DNA of 64,000 nucleotides from Gammaproteobacteria bacterium (GCA_965238175.1 CBDEGZ010000003.1:3168001-3232000); one strand, 5' to 3'; positions 19,701 to 29,560 are shown, numbered from the stretch's first letter. Made by a program: numbers and translations. Notes: generated from the sequence alone by a model not told the origin.

Positions 19701-21407
19701 ATCGCTTTGGGCGCCGCTGGTGACATTGGTGCGGTTGCCTACATCATCATAGCTAAAGACTTTATTGCCGTATTGGCCGTCTGCATCAATGAGTCGGCTG
19801 AGTCCATCGTAGTCCAGCGTTTGGCTATTGTTGGCATTGAGGTTGTTGGTGAGGGTTTTGATGTTGTTGGCTTCATCATAATCATAACTCTGGTTGATAA
19901 CGCTGCCTTGTGTGTTGTTGGTGAGGCGGTAGTCAAGGTCATATTGTTGGGCTTTGCTGAGCCCGTTGCCATAATCTAGATCGGTCATCGGGCCAAAGGG
20001 CGCATAGCTGATGTTGCTGGCGAGGGTGTTGGTCGCGCCGTCTTCGGTCAAGCTGACGCTGGTTATCTGGTTGATGGTGTTGTAGGTGTATTGAATTTCA
20101 CGGCCACTTGGGTAGATGATGTTGGTCAGTTGGTCGGCACTGTTGTAGCTAAACTCAAAGGTCGATGGAATAGTATCGATGGTGACGGTTTTGATCGTGA
20201 GGTTGCCACGTTTGTCGTAGGCGTAGTTGGTGCTGCCACTGGCGTCAGTCATGCGGGTTAGGCGGCCGATGCCATTTTGTTGGTTGTTGTTTTCGTCATA
20301 GGTGTAGATGACATTGAGGCTGCTATCACCGGGATAGGTCACACTGGTGAGTCGGTTTAGTGCATCGTAATTGTAGTTTGTGGTGATGCTTCTGGCATCA
20401 GTTTGGCTTTTACGGTTGCCAGCACTGTCATAGGTGTAGGTGGTGGTGCCGGTGTCTGGACTGTCAAGTGTGAGCAAGTCACCCAGGGCGTTGTAGGTGT
20501 AGTTCGTCTCCAGGCCTTCTGGATCGGTGACTTTGACTAGCTGATCTAACGCGTTGTAGTCGTAGGTGGTGGTGACATCATCGGTTCCGTTACCGGCAAT
20601 GCGGATCTGGGTGACTTCAACCAGTCGATTGAGCGCATCGTAAAGGGACTGGTTGGTGTTGTTGACGGTCAGTGGATCGACGGTTTTTGCCGCAGCAATA
20701 TCACTGCCGGTATTTCTGGGATCGGTCATGGCGGTCTGGTTGCCATTTAGGTCATAGGTGTATCGTGTCAGTTGTCCTTGTCCGCCAATCAATAGCAGTA
20801 ATTGACTGAGTTGATCGTATTCACGTTCTAGTTTTCTTTTAATACTGCCGGCATTATTTTTGGTTTCTTCTTTGGTGCGGTTTCCCATTAAGTCAAGGGT
20901 GTAATGGATTGTGTTACCGTGGTTGTCGGTGATATCGGTCAGGCGATGGGCGGCATCGTAGGTGTAGTTGATATGCGCGGTGGTGGGTAGGGTCAGTTTT
21001 GTTAGTTGTCCAACATTGTCGTAATCAAAATCGGTGGTATTGCCATCTACTGTTCGACTGGTTAGCCAGCCTCTTGGGTGGTAGGTCAGTGTTGTGATTG
21101 AACCATTTGGATCGGTAATCGTTTGTGGTCGGCCATTGGCGTCATGATTGGAGAAGGTGGTCTCATGGCCTAAGGCATTAGTGACTTTGGTTAGGTTGCC
21201 GGTGGTTGCATCGTAATCATTGGTGGTGATGTCATTAACATCGGTGCGAGGGCCATTGATGGTTTTGATCTGTTTGGTGGTCGCATCGTAGGTGTAGCTT
21301 GTGCTTCGGGTGGCGGCATCGACCGGTTGACTGATAATTGTCAGGGGCACTATCAATGTGACCAAAAGGCGAAGCGTCATACGTAAGAATGTCGGTGTTG
21401 TCTTCAT
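16770..21407 (-). CDS. YD/Rhs-repeat protein with a C-terminal array of 4 golvesin/xanthan-lyase-CBM-like and 3 Ig/PKD-like domains
   Basis: Signal peptide MKTTPTFLRMTLRLLVTLIVPLTIISQPVDA; many YD repeats ending in EYIFLNGTLLAQ; then IIVDNSD...ADAIKL and PVVTISSP...ATDAEDG repeats. Confidence 0.9.
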   Translation of the reverse strand: MKTTPTFLRMTLRLLVTLIVPLTIISQPVDAATRSTSYTYDATTKQIKTINGPRTDVNDITTNDYDATTGNLTKVTNALGHETTFSNHDANGRPQTITDPNGSITTLTYHPRGWLTSRTVDGNTTDFDYDNVGQLTKLTLPTTAHINYTYDAAHRLTDITDNHGNTIHYTLDLMGNRTKEETKNNAGSIKRKLEREYDQLSQLLLLIGGQGQLTRYTYDLNGNQTAMTDPRNTGSDIAAAKTVDPLTVNNTNQSLYDALNRLVEVTQIRIAGNGTDDVTTTYDYNALDQLVKVTDPEGLETNYTYNALGDLLTLDSPDTGTTTYTYDSAGNRKSQTDARSITTNYNYDALNRLTSVTYPGDSSLNVIYTYDENNNQQNGIGRLTRMTDASGSTNYAYDKRGNLTIKTVTIDTIPSTFEFSYNSADQLTNIIYPSGREIQYTYNTINQITSVSLTEDGATNTLASNISYAPFGPMTDLDYGNGLSKAQQYDLDYRLTNNTQGSVINQSYDYDEANNIKTLTNNLNANNSQTLDYDGLSRLIDADGQYGNKVFSYDDVGNRTNVTSGAQSDTYNYVPNTHRLDQITGSNTAQYSYDNNGNITNHPESNFTYGAHNRISSADTNTYTYNGYGERVKKAGATTLYFDYGPDGALLAERDDTGDSIKEYIFLNGTLLAQLSGADNPPVNVNVDDIIVDNSDSNTESQGNWQSSGSSPTYLNTSRGSDWLNGNGYFKWISNVATAGTYKVSVWFTHNSSRPSAAEYVIHHAGGNTSVTVAQNDPALGGHFTELTGTYTFNAGSGGYIQLNSNTTGNFSADAIKLEYVGGGNPPPPNTEPVVTISSPVANSSVTSGTNVTFTATATDAEDGNVGASLVWTSDKDGQIGTNGSFSTSSLSENTHLITATATDSGNSTDTDNITITVTGTGGGGNVTDIIVDNSDSNTESQGNWSSSGSSPTYLNTSRGSDWLNGNGYFKWTPTVATAGTYKVSVWFTHNSSRPSAAEYVIHHAGGNTSVTVAQNDPALGGHFTELTGTYTFNTGSGGYIQLNSNTTGNFSADAIKLEYVGGGNPPPPNAEPVVTISSPVANSSVTSGTNVTFTATATDAEDGNVGASLVWTSDKDGQIGTNGSFSTSSLSENTHLITATATDSGNSTDTDNITITVTGTGGGGNVTDIIVDNSDSNTTSQGNWQSSGSSPTYLNTSRGSDWLNGNGHFKWTPTVVTTGTYKVSVWFTHNSSRPSAAEYVIHHAGGNTSVTVAQNDPALGGHFTELTGTYTFNTGSGGYIQLNSNTTGNFSADAIKLEYVGGGNPPPPNTEPVVTISSPVANSSVTSGTNVTFTATATDAEDGNVGASLVWTSDKDGQIGTNGSFSTSSLSENTHLITATATDSGNSTDTDNITITVTGTGGGGNVTDIIVDNSDSNTTSQGNWQSSGSSPTYLNTSRGSDWLNGNGHFKWTPTVVTTGTYKVSVWFTHNSSRPSAAEYVIHHAGGNTSVIVAQNDPALGGHFTELTGTYTFNAGSGGYIQLNSNTTGNFSADAIKLEYVGGGN
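16775..19340. repeat. Intragenic tandem repeat, 720-bp (240-aa) unit, about 3.5 near-identical copies
   Basis: Near-identical blocks recur at 16801, 17521, 18241 and 18961. Confidence 0.95.
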
Positions 21408-21463
21408 GGTTTTTTCTTCTCTGGTGCGCAATATGACGTCATTAATTGTTAGTTTATTCAATT

Positions 21464-23527
21464 TCATGTGTTTGGCGTCTCCACGGTTTGGGTTTGGAGA
21501 CGGCCTTGGGAGTCGTAGCTGTTAATGGTTTTTTTAACCAGCGTGTTAGCGGTGTCGTATACCTCTATGACTTCAGGAACCCGAAAGCTTGTGTGCCATT
21601 GGGTGATTGTTTTACGTTGTTGAGGTGTCCCTGATGCTTCAATACGTTCTTCTACCAGTCCACGTGTGTTATAGGTGTAAGTCGTCTGATTACCTTTCCA
21701 GTCGGTGGTGCTTGATAGGTAACCGTTCGCATCATAAGTTCGATCTACGATTTGGCGATTAGGACAACTTAAACATCGATCGCCGGTAACCTCTTTCACA
21801 CGTGAAGAACCATTGACGGTTTCGAAGGTATAGGTATGCGTTCCACCAAGGGGATCGAGGACGGTTGTTGTGCCGTCATTGTTGTAGGTAAAGGTAACCG
21901 CTTCGGTGTCTAGCGCATGCTTGGATAAAATTGCACGACCTTTATTGTCATAGTCCCAAGTGGCAAAGCGATCACCATTTTCATCAATAATGCCGGTTAG
22001 TTTATGAGGTTGGTTAGGCTTGTCATAAACATAACGACGTTCTTGATTATCAGGGTATGTCACTGAGCTTAAATTGCCATTGACACTTGTTTGATATTGC
22101 AATATTCCATCAGGTGTCGTGACGGATCGAAGATAACCTTGGGCGTTATAGGTAAAGCGCAGTTCTCTTCCGAATGGGCCGGTTACCCGATCCAGGGTGT
22201 TGGGATTATCATCACCGTTGCTACCTGAAGGCAACGTATACTCAAGTGTCTGCACCAAACCTGCTCGATTGGTAATACTGAGCAATTTACCGTCACTATC
22301 GTACTCTTCAATTGTGTCGTTACTGTCTGTGAATCGCCACCCATTTGTTAGCTGTTCGAGTTTAATTGTCTCATTGGTGTAGCTTGTCCAAACACCACCA
22401 TTTTTTTCAAAAAAGAGCTGACTGCCATTTGCTCTGTTAACGGTCATCGTGTTTGATTGTTCCAATAAATCGAGATAACTATTGGCCGAGTTCGTCAGTG
22501 ATGACGGATGACTTGATCGGATCGTCATCATGGTAACTGTTTGACCACCACTTGACACTTTGCAGCTTTCTCCTTGCAAACTGGCGGTCGCAGATGAAAA
22601 CTGCCCACCAAACACAGTGCCTTTTAAGTCATTCCAACCCATAATGCAGGCATCCTGAGCAGAGCTGTAAAGACTCGATCGATCTACCAGTGTTGTACTT
22701 GATGCTAGGACATTTGGCATATTTAGTTGTTGCGATTCTGCCCGACGTTCTATAGGTGCTTCACCGAGGGTGCGTGAATAAGTATGACGCCATCCCATCG
22801 CCACATACTCCGCATTTTTTGTACTGCCCTGACTGTTGTAATAGCGACTAAAATGCAAGCCATTGGAAACACTTGAGGTATAGTCTGTTTCGGTCTGAAA
22901 TTTATTACCGGTTGCCGCATTACAAGGGTTGCCATCTCGTGGCGTGTTACATTGTTTTTCTGGTGGGTTTAATTCGACATAGAATCCTTTGGTGAAGCTT
23001 CTCTCACATTGAGTACTTCTTCCTAGGTAATAGTCTGTAGGACAAAATATCGCGCTTTGCACCCAATTTTGACCAAGCCAATCTGGAGTTTGGTTAAGAA
23101 TCGTCCCACTAGAAGCATAATTCGTGACAAGATATAGGCAGTCACATTCACTTCCGGGAACACATGAACCCGTTGCTCGTGGGTTCTCACGAACGATAGC
23201 CCCCGATCCTGGAACGTATGGAGGAGAGACCGAAGATGCACAGGCTGCTTGATGCGATTCCAGGAAAGCTCCACCGATGGCAAAGTGGGTATGCCGAAAT
23301 TTCTCAACAGAAGGAATTGTTATATAAACCACCCCATTAACTTCTGTTGTCTCTGCCTGGACAGGCGGATTGACACTTGTGAATAGAACAAGGAAGCATA
23401 AAGCAGTATGCTGAATAAATGCTTGGCTAAAAAAAGTAGATCGCTTATTCAATGCTGTTCTCCGGCATAGTTTTGTAATTTTAAAGAGAGGATGTGAAAA
23501 TTTTGTAATTTGAGATTCATTGCCCAA
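21464..23527 (-). CDS. DUF6531-like plus YD-repeat protein (N-terminal part of the split Rhs) with signal peptide
   Basis: ALCFLVLFTSVNPPVQA signal peptide; Cys-rich variable N-terminus; GNPCNAATGNKFQTETDY...FSRYYNS...GWRHTY; YD repeats (HKLTGIIDENGDRFATWDYD). Confidence 0.9.
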   Translation of the reverse strand: MGNESQITKFSHPLFKITKLCRRTALNKRSTFFSQAFIQHTALCFLVLFTSVNPPVQAETTEVNGVVYITIPSVEKFRHTHFAIGGAFLESHQAACASSVSPPYVPGSGAIVRENPRATGSCVPGSECDCLYLVTNYASSGTILNQTPDWLGQNWVQSAIFCPTDYYLGRSTQCERSFTKGFYVELNPPEKQCNTPRDGNPCNAATGNKFQTETDYTSSVSNGLHFSRYYNSQGSTKNAEYVAMGWRHTYSRTLGEAPIERRAESQQLNMPNVLASSTTLVDRSSLYSSAQDACIMGWNDLKGTVFGGQFSSATASLQGESCKVSSGGQTVTMMTIRSSHPSSLTNSANSYLDLLEQSNTMTVNRANGSQLFFEKNGGVWTSYTNETIKLEQLTNGWRFTDSNDTIEEYDSDGKLLSITNRAGLVQTLEYTLPSGSNGDDNPNTLDRVTGPFGRELRFTYNAQGYLRSVTTPDGILQYQTSVNGNLSSVTYPDNQERRYVYDKPNQPHKLTGIIDENGDRFATWDYDNKGRAILSKHALDTEAVTFTYNNDGTTTVLDPLGGTHTYTFETVNGSSRVKEVTGDRCLSCPNRQIVDRTYDANGYLSSTTDWKGNQTTYTYNTRGLVEERIEASGTPQQRKTITQWHTSFRVPEVIEVYDTANTLVKKTINSYDSQGRLQTQTVETPNT

Positions 23528-23812
23528 AGTGAAGTTATTACCGTTAAAAAAACAACACGGTTAACCGCATAAAGATTACTAACAACGAGCAGTAAAAATA
23601 ACCCCACTGCAAAAGAATATTGTCTGAGCACAATCTCGTTAGATTGTGGCGTTTTAAAGAGCAAAGTTGATTTTATTACTGTGGCAAGATGGCAAAAAGT
23701 CATCAAAGAGCCCTCCTTCGTTGATTATTTAAAACCCGTCAAGCTCTGAATTAAAACAGTATTATTTTTTTCAGGTGTGGATGCTAGCGTAATACATTAC
23801 GGATAATGTTGT

Positions 23813-23828
23813 TGTGACATTTCTCACA
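23813..23828. promoter_or_regulatory. CRP/Vfr/Clp-type binding site upstream of the Rhs operon
   Basis: Perfect TGTGA-N6-TCACA; a GTAAA-N5-GTAAA repeat lies next to it at 23836-23850. Confidence 0.65.
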
Positions 23829-24050
23829 AACTGTTGTAAAACAATGTAAAGAAACTAATTTGAGTAAGAGCCTATGTAACCTGCTGCTGAGTATCTTTGC
23901 GCCAGGATATTTACAACAGTGGGTAAAGGGTTAACTCTATTGAGTGCTAGCTAGTTTTTGATCTGTACTTGAATCACAGATCGTTATGATCTGATCGGGC
24001 AACAGGCTTTTCGTTTTAGTTCTATTGCTTATCGAGTTGGGGTTAACTAT

Positions 24051-24095
24051 TTGAACCTACGTAACCTTCAAAATTATTTTTTATCAACGGCTCTA
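24051..24095 (+). repeat. Direct repeat copy B (partner at 2130-2188)
   Basis: TTGAACCTACGTAA-cctt-CAAAATTATTTTTTATC-aa-CGGCTCTA. Confidence 0.7.
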
Positions 24096-24128
24096 GATAA
24101 ATTGAGACTTTGTGATTAGAAATTGATT

Positions 24129-24827
24129 TTAATATAGGCGGTAAACTCGTTCGCTTAAACTCGTTAAACCTTTTTTTTTGAATCGATCATTTTCTTCCAG
24201 GATCCTTTGTTCATTTAGTTTTTCTATCTGGTACTTGCTTGCGTATAAGTCGTTTATTTCTTGTGCGGAAACAGAAAAAGGTGGCCCATTCATTTCTTCT
24301 TGAGGATATTCCAATGTGATCAGGAGTGTTTGTGCGTTCTTAGATAAAATTTCTTTTAGGTGAACACTGTATTGCTGTCGTAATTCGGCAGGTAATGCGA
24401 TCAGCGATGCTCGATCATAAACTGCAGATACAAATCTGAGATCTGCACTTGTCAGTGAAAAAAAATCACCACAGAGTATGGTGAGATCAGAAAACCTGTA
24501 ACACTTAAAGGGTTCCTTGCCTGTATTTTTCTCAGTAATCTCGGGTTCAAGCTGATTTTCTGTAAAGAATTCTTCAACAGCTTTATTACTGAGTTCTACC
24601 CCTAAGACTTTGTAGCCTTGTTCAAGCAGCCACAACATATCATTACTCTTACCACACAGTGGAACAAAAACCTGAGCATCAGGTGGGATCTGTATCTTTT
24701 GCCACCAAGTAGTGAGGTTTTTGTTGATCTCCTCTTGATGAAATCCAGTTTCGCTTTTTTGCCAACGTTCTTTCCAAAATTTTGACCAGTATCCCGAATC
24801 AGTTTTAGAGGTAAATTCTTGATCCAT
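24129..24827 (-). CDS. tpm: Thiopurine S-methyltransferase
   Basis: FWKERW...GFHQ, VFVPLCGKSNDMLWL, VYDRASLIALP, GPPFSV. Confidence 0.95.
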   Translation of the reverse strand: MDQEFTSKTDSGYWSKFWKERWQKSETGFHQEEINKNLTTWWQKIQIPPDAQVFVPLCGKSNDMLWLLEQGYKVLGVELSNKAVEEFFTENQLEPEITEKNTGKEPFKCYRFSDLTILCGDFFSLTSADLRFVSAVYDRASLIALPAELRQQYSVHLKEILSKNAQTLLITLEYPQEEMNGPPFSVSAQEINDLYASKYQIEKLNEQRILEENDRFKKKGLTSLSERVYRLY

Positions 24828-25011
24828 TTTATCTATTACGCATTTAAGAATTGAAGGTGGAGTTTATCAGGATTTTTTTTATCAGAAAAAATCGCTTGCG
24901 GTCTTTACCCACTTATATGCTTATAAGTGTTTGTTTTGATATTCTTGTCGAAAATAATGTCCAATCAACGTTATAATGCCGCTTTTTAAGATCTGACAGG
25001 TAAATCGTCAA

Positions 25012-25335
25012 ATGACATTTGTAATAACTGAAGAATGCATTAAATGTAAATACACCGATTGTGTTGAAGTCTGCCCAGTAGATTGCTTCCACGAAGGGCC
25101 TAATATGCTGGTCATTGACCCAGATGAGTGTATTGATTGTACGTTATGCGAACCGGAGTGTCCGGTCGATGCGATCAAGTCTGAGGATGATCTGACCGAT
25201 GCAGAAATGCCATTTCTCGCTTTGAACGAAGAGCTTTCTAAAGGATGGCCGGTGATCAATGAAGCCAAAGAGCCACCAGCAGATGCTGACGATTGGAAAG
25301 ATATAAAAGACAAGCGCGACAAGCTAGAACGGTAA
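25012..25335 (+). CDS. fdxA: 7Fe ferredoxin FdxA
   Basis: [26 protein letters not shown]...[13 protein letters not shown]. Confidence 0.95.
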   Translation: MTFVITEECIKCKYTDCVEVCPVDCFHEGPNMLVIDPDECIDCTLCEPECPVDAIKSEDDLTDAEMPFLALNEELSKGWPVINEAKEPPADADDWKDIKDKRDKLER

Positions 25336-25382
25336 TATTTGATCATAGAAAAGTTACTCGCTTAACAACATCATTCTAATTA

Positions 25383-25415
25383 AAGTTTCGTCTTCCTCTC
25401 TGGAGGGCGAAACTT
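25383..25415 (+). terminator. Hairpin downstream of fdxA (probable terminator)
   Basis: AAGTTTCGTCTTCC-tctct-GGAGGGCGAAACTT stem with G-U pairs. Confidence 0.5.
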
Positions 25416-25585
25416 CTCTAGATAGTCACAAATGTGTTCTCTAAAAACAGAAGTTCATTTTTACTTCTGTTTCCTAAATCCATTAGACATTCCTACCAAA
25501 TTTGCTCAGAATAGCTTGATAATAATTTGACGGCCTACAATGATCATCATGTGGCCAGAGCCAGTATAAATAATAGCTAATGTAA

Positions 25586-25939
<354 letters not shown>

Positions 25940-26070
25940 AACTCAAAAAACAACAATAAAAAGTTTATGATCTGGTAAATGATTACAAATTTAATTTTTA
26001 AAACACTCACATTAGTTAACTCGCCTTTTACCTGTTTGTATACTTCGCGGACAAACTGAACCTAGCTAAT

Positions 26071-26205
26071 ACAGCATGGATACTCACCTTAACTGCCACG
26101 TGGATTTTACTGAAAGTTCTTGATGCTTTAATTGGTATTCTAGTCACTCCTGAATAAGGATACGATGGATTGGATATTTCTGGGCACGAAGAACTCACAA
26201 ATATA
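26071..26205 (+). pseudogene. amtB: C-terminal remnant of ammonium transporter AmtB
   Basis: Translates as TAWILTLTATWILLKVLDALIGILVTPE*GYDGLDISGHEE, matching the AmtB last helix and the GLRVxxEEExxGLDxxxHGE tail. Confidence 0.75.
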
Positions 26206-26363
26206 TTATTTAACTCGGATTTTTCAATTCCATAGCCTAGCTTAGTCAATCAAGTGTGTGCCTTTTTGGCCGATAACTAACACATATGTAGACATATTTA
26301 TGTTAGATCTAGAGTATGTTTGTCCCTGTTTAGTTACAAGTTACACTACGAAAAGGATTTCAA

Positions 26364-27860
26364 ATGGGCGTCGCTGCGGAAAAAGTTCAAGCAATTCAAT
26401 CTGAAGAAACAACGAATTCCGCAACTACCGCTCAGATCAGATCTCTAGTTAATCTGGTTCAAAACAAACCTTTACCTATTTTTAGTCAAACTCGAGAAAA
26501 TCTGAAGAGGTTTGATGGCAAACCTAGTTCATCAATCCCACAAATCGTACAAGTCCTACGTTTGGATCCATGCTTTGCACATGAAATTTTTGTCAATGCA
26601 AATGCAGGTTTAGCGAAGAGTAAACGAGCACCTGCAGCAACCCTGAATCATGCAATATTGGTTCTAGGCGTCCCTTATGTGCTTAATCTGGGAAAAGAGC
26701 TTCCTCTGATTTCTGATCAAAAAGATGCGATGAGCAAAACCAGAATCCTTCAAATTTTATCACGCTCTTATCATGCCGGAATTCAAGCAAAAGAATGGAT
26801 GTTTGAATATAGTAAGTCCTCTGCAGAAACAGCCTTTATTACAGCACAAATGAGTCATCTGTATTTAGCCAGTCTTTGGTACTACGCCCCAGATAAAATG
26901 TCTGCATTGATAAAATCAAAATCACAGACAGATCTCTTTGATCAAGATGGGTTACTTTCTCAAGTAGGTAAAATGCTAGCTAAGCAATGGCGCTTTTCTG
27001 AATTGCTACAAGAAAGCCTGGATCAAAATTCAGATTCCAGCAGATTGGTTGATGTTGTTCAATTTTCAAATAATGTTGCTCGTCTTGCCGAGAGTGGTTG
27101 GTTTTCAAAACCAATGGAGAATTTATTCGCAAATTCATCAACAATTCTAGACATTCCAGAAGATGTTTTAATCCAGCTTACTCATAATAATTCTGTGATT
27201 GCTGCACGTGAAACTACCTTTTACGCCGTTAAACCGGCCGCATGTCGACTACTTAGCACTGAACGTGATGATATTAAAAAAATAGCAAAAAAAGCCACAC
27301 ACAAAGTAATGACGCCTAAACGAAAAAAATCGGCCGTTGTTACAGAGAAAAAAACCTCATCAAAACTCCAGGTTGGATTACAAAAACTGGCATTGCTAGG
27401 TAAAAACAAAGCACCTGTTCGAGAAATTCTAAGCTCAAGTTTTGAGCTTATTTCTGAAATTTCTGATAATAACCCAATAGCATTTTTCTTATTAAACAAA
27501 AATAAATCTGTCTTGAAGTCACGCTTTTGGGCAAATTTTTCAGATCAGAACAAAACGATTTTAATTGATGTTGATAAAAATAATATTTTTAAATCACTAA
27601 TAAAAAAACCAAGCTCTATTTATATAAATTCACAATCCCGAGAGAAATATAAATCGCTATTACCCTCTGGTTTATCCGTAGACATTCATAATCAAGACTT
27701 TATTGCTTTCTCGCTTTTTGTAGATACAAAACCTATCGGTGTTTTCTATTATCAAAACAGTAATAGCTCTCCCATTACAACTCAAATTTACAAACAATTT
27801 ATTTTGGTCTGCAAAACGACCAAGATTGTATTCGAAGAGGTTAATACACATGCAAAATAA
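26364..27860 (+). CDS. HDOD domain signalling protein with a C-terminal GAF-like region
   Basis: LPIFSQT...LRLDPCFAHEIFVNAN...TLNHAILVLG; LAKQWRFSELL. Confidence 0.8.
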   Translation: MGVAAEKVQAIQSEETTNSATTAQIRSLVNLVQNKPLPIFSQTRENLKRFDGKPSSSIPQIVQVLRLDPCFAHEIFVNANAGLAKSKRAPAATLNHAILVLGVPYVLNLGKELPLISDQKDAMSKTRILQILSRSYHAGIQAKEWMFEYSKSSAETAFITAQMSHLYLASLWYYAPDKMSALIKSKSQTDLFDQDGLLSQVGKMLAKQWRFSELLQESLDQNSDSSRLVDVVQFSNNVARLAESGWFSKPMENLFANSSTILDIPEDVLIQLTHNNSVIAARETTFYAVKPAACRLLSTERDDIKKIAKKATHKVMTPKRKKSAVVTEKKTSSKLQVGLQKLALLGKNKAPVREILSSSFELISEISDNNPIAFFLLNKNKSVLKSRFWANFSDQNKTILIDVDKNNIFKSLIKKPSSIYINSQSREKYKSLLPSGLSVDIHNQDFIAFSLFVDTKPIGVFYYQNSNSSPITTQIYKQFILVCKTTKIVFEEVNTHAK

Positions 27861-28299
27861 TCTAACTAAAATTTTCATTACTACACTTCTCTTTTTAATC
27901 TCCAATATTGTCTTTGGCGGTGGGGTTTATAAGTGGACAGATTCTGATGGAAATATACATTATGGTGATCAACCTATCGATACTGCTGAAGAAATCAAGA
28001 TCCAGCCATACCAAAAACCAGACAAAATAAACCTGGCAGACGAACAAAAGCGTGATCGCTTATTAGATGTTTACGAGGAAGATCGTCAGGAAAAGAGCTC
28101 GAAAAGAGCATCTACAACAGAAGAAAAGATAGCTCAAAAGGAAAAGTGCTCAAACGCAGAAAAATCCTTACAGCAGTATCAAACGGCTGGCTACTTATAC
28201 AAATTGGATGAGAAAGGTGAACGCGTCGTACTTGACGATAAAGAACACGCTGTTGCAGTAAAATCTGCCGAACATGCAGTTGAACAATATTGCAGGTAA
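27850..28299 (+). CDS. DUF4124 family secreted protein
   Basis: Signal peptide followed by VYKWTDSDGNIHYGDQP; two Cys in the C-terminal region. Confidence 0.85.
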   Translation: MQNNLTKIFITTLLFLISNIVFGGGVYKWTDSDGNIHYGDQPIDTAEEIKIQPYQKPDKINLADEQKRDRLLDVYEEDRQEKSSKRASTTEEKIAQKEKCSNAEKSLQQYQTAGYLYKLDEKGERVVLDDKEHAVAVKSAEHAVEQYCR

Positions 28300-28408
28300 T
28301 CTACCAACTTTTTAGCTATGCTCCAATCCTTCCGAAGAGAAAATAAAAAGTGTAGCATCAATAGTTTTTCTGGATCACTCTAACAATGACCAAATTGCAA
28401 AAAAAAGT

Positions 28409-29557
28409 GTGAGTTTAAACCCCGTTAAAATTTGGCTGTTTTTCGCTCTGGCTGGCTGTTTGATCACAGTAGAAACCCTATTATTTTCATTGCAATATCA
28501 TTGGCTATTGCTGATTTTACCTTTACTGGTAAGCAGCATAGCTTTAATAAGTTACGTATTTTACAATCGAAATATTAAAGATAATGTCAGTTCCAACAAC
28601 ACACTTACACATCTCGACCTCTCCCAACAAGTCACTTCGATAAAAGCTAATCAAACAATGTCAAAACTATCGACCACAACCCCGATACAAAAATCGTCTG
28701 TTCTCAAGCAAAATAATAATCGTTCAAACTCTATTTTTGGCCATTATCAACTTGATAAAGAAATAGGCAAAGGTGCCATGGGTATCGTCTATCAGGCTCA
28801 CGATCTTGAAACAAATACCAAGGTCGCAATTAAAACCTTACCGCTCGCCGATGAATTTGATCCCTCAGAAATTGAATCTGTAAAACAACGCTTTTATCGT
28901 GAAGCAGAAACAACTGGACAGCTCAACCACCCAAACATTGTCAAAATTCATGGTGTTGGTGAAGAACGCGGCCTGGCTTATATCGCAATGGAATTATTGA
29001 CCGGTAGTGATTTAATACGTCATACACGAAAAAACGACTTGCTTTCACCAACAATGGCAATGGGAATAGTCTATAAAGCAGCAAAAGCCATACACTATGC
29101 CCATGAGAATCACGTCATTCATCGCGATCTTAAACCCGCAAATATCATGTTTGATCCAGAACGTAGAAAAATAAAATTGACCGACTTTGGCATTGCTCGA
29201 TTTGTTGATGCCAGTCAAACTCATGCAGGTATAATATTAGGAACACCAGCTTACATGTCTCCAGAGCAATTAGAAGGAGCAAAAATTGATGGCCGTTCCG
29301 ATCTGTTTTCACTTGGTGCGATGTTTTTTCAGTTGCTCTGTGGTGAGCTACCTTTTAAGGGTGAATCTCTCGCAATGTTAATGTATATGATCAGCAGCGA
29401 ACCACATCGTGATATTTTGACTTTAAAACCCGCATTGGTTAGAACTCATCCTCAACTTGTCGCTATAATTGACAAAGCTTTGGAAAAAGATCCCGCTGAT
29501 CGTTTTCAAAATGGCTCTGAAATGGCAGCAGCAATCAAACGATGTGCACACAGATAA
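28409..29557 (+). CDS. Membrane-anchored Ser/Thr protein kinase
   Basis: IGKGAMGIVY, VAIK, HRDLKPANI, DFG, GTPAYMSPEQ. Confidence 0.95.
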   Translation: MSLNPVKIWLFFALAGCLITVETLLFSLQYHWLLLILPLLVSSIALISYVFYNRNIKDNVSSNNTLTHLDLSQQVTSIKANQTMSKLSTTTPIQKSSVLKQNNNRSNSIFGHYQLDKEIGKGAMGIVYQAHDLETNTKVAIKTLPLADEFDPSEIESVKQRFYREAETTGQLNHPNIVKIHGVGEERGLAYIAMELLTGSDLIRHTRKNDLLSPTMAMGIVYKAAKAIHYAHENHVIHRDLKPANIMFDPERRKIKLTDFGIARFVDASQTHAGIILGTPAYMSPEQLEGAKIDGRSDLFSLGAMFFQLLCGELPFKGESLAMLMYMISSEPHRDILTLKPALVRTHPQLVAIIDKALEKDPADRFQNGSEMAAAIKRCAHR

Positions 29558-29560
29558 TCT

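Noticed and set aside
23449-23706. 85-aa ORF upstream of the Rhs operon
   Set aside because: It overlaps gene 1 in another frame and has no motif; probably leader sequence
26028-26249. 73-aa minus-strand ORF
   Set aside because: It is the antisense of the amtB remnant
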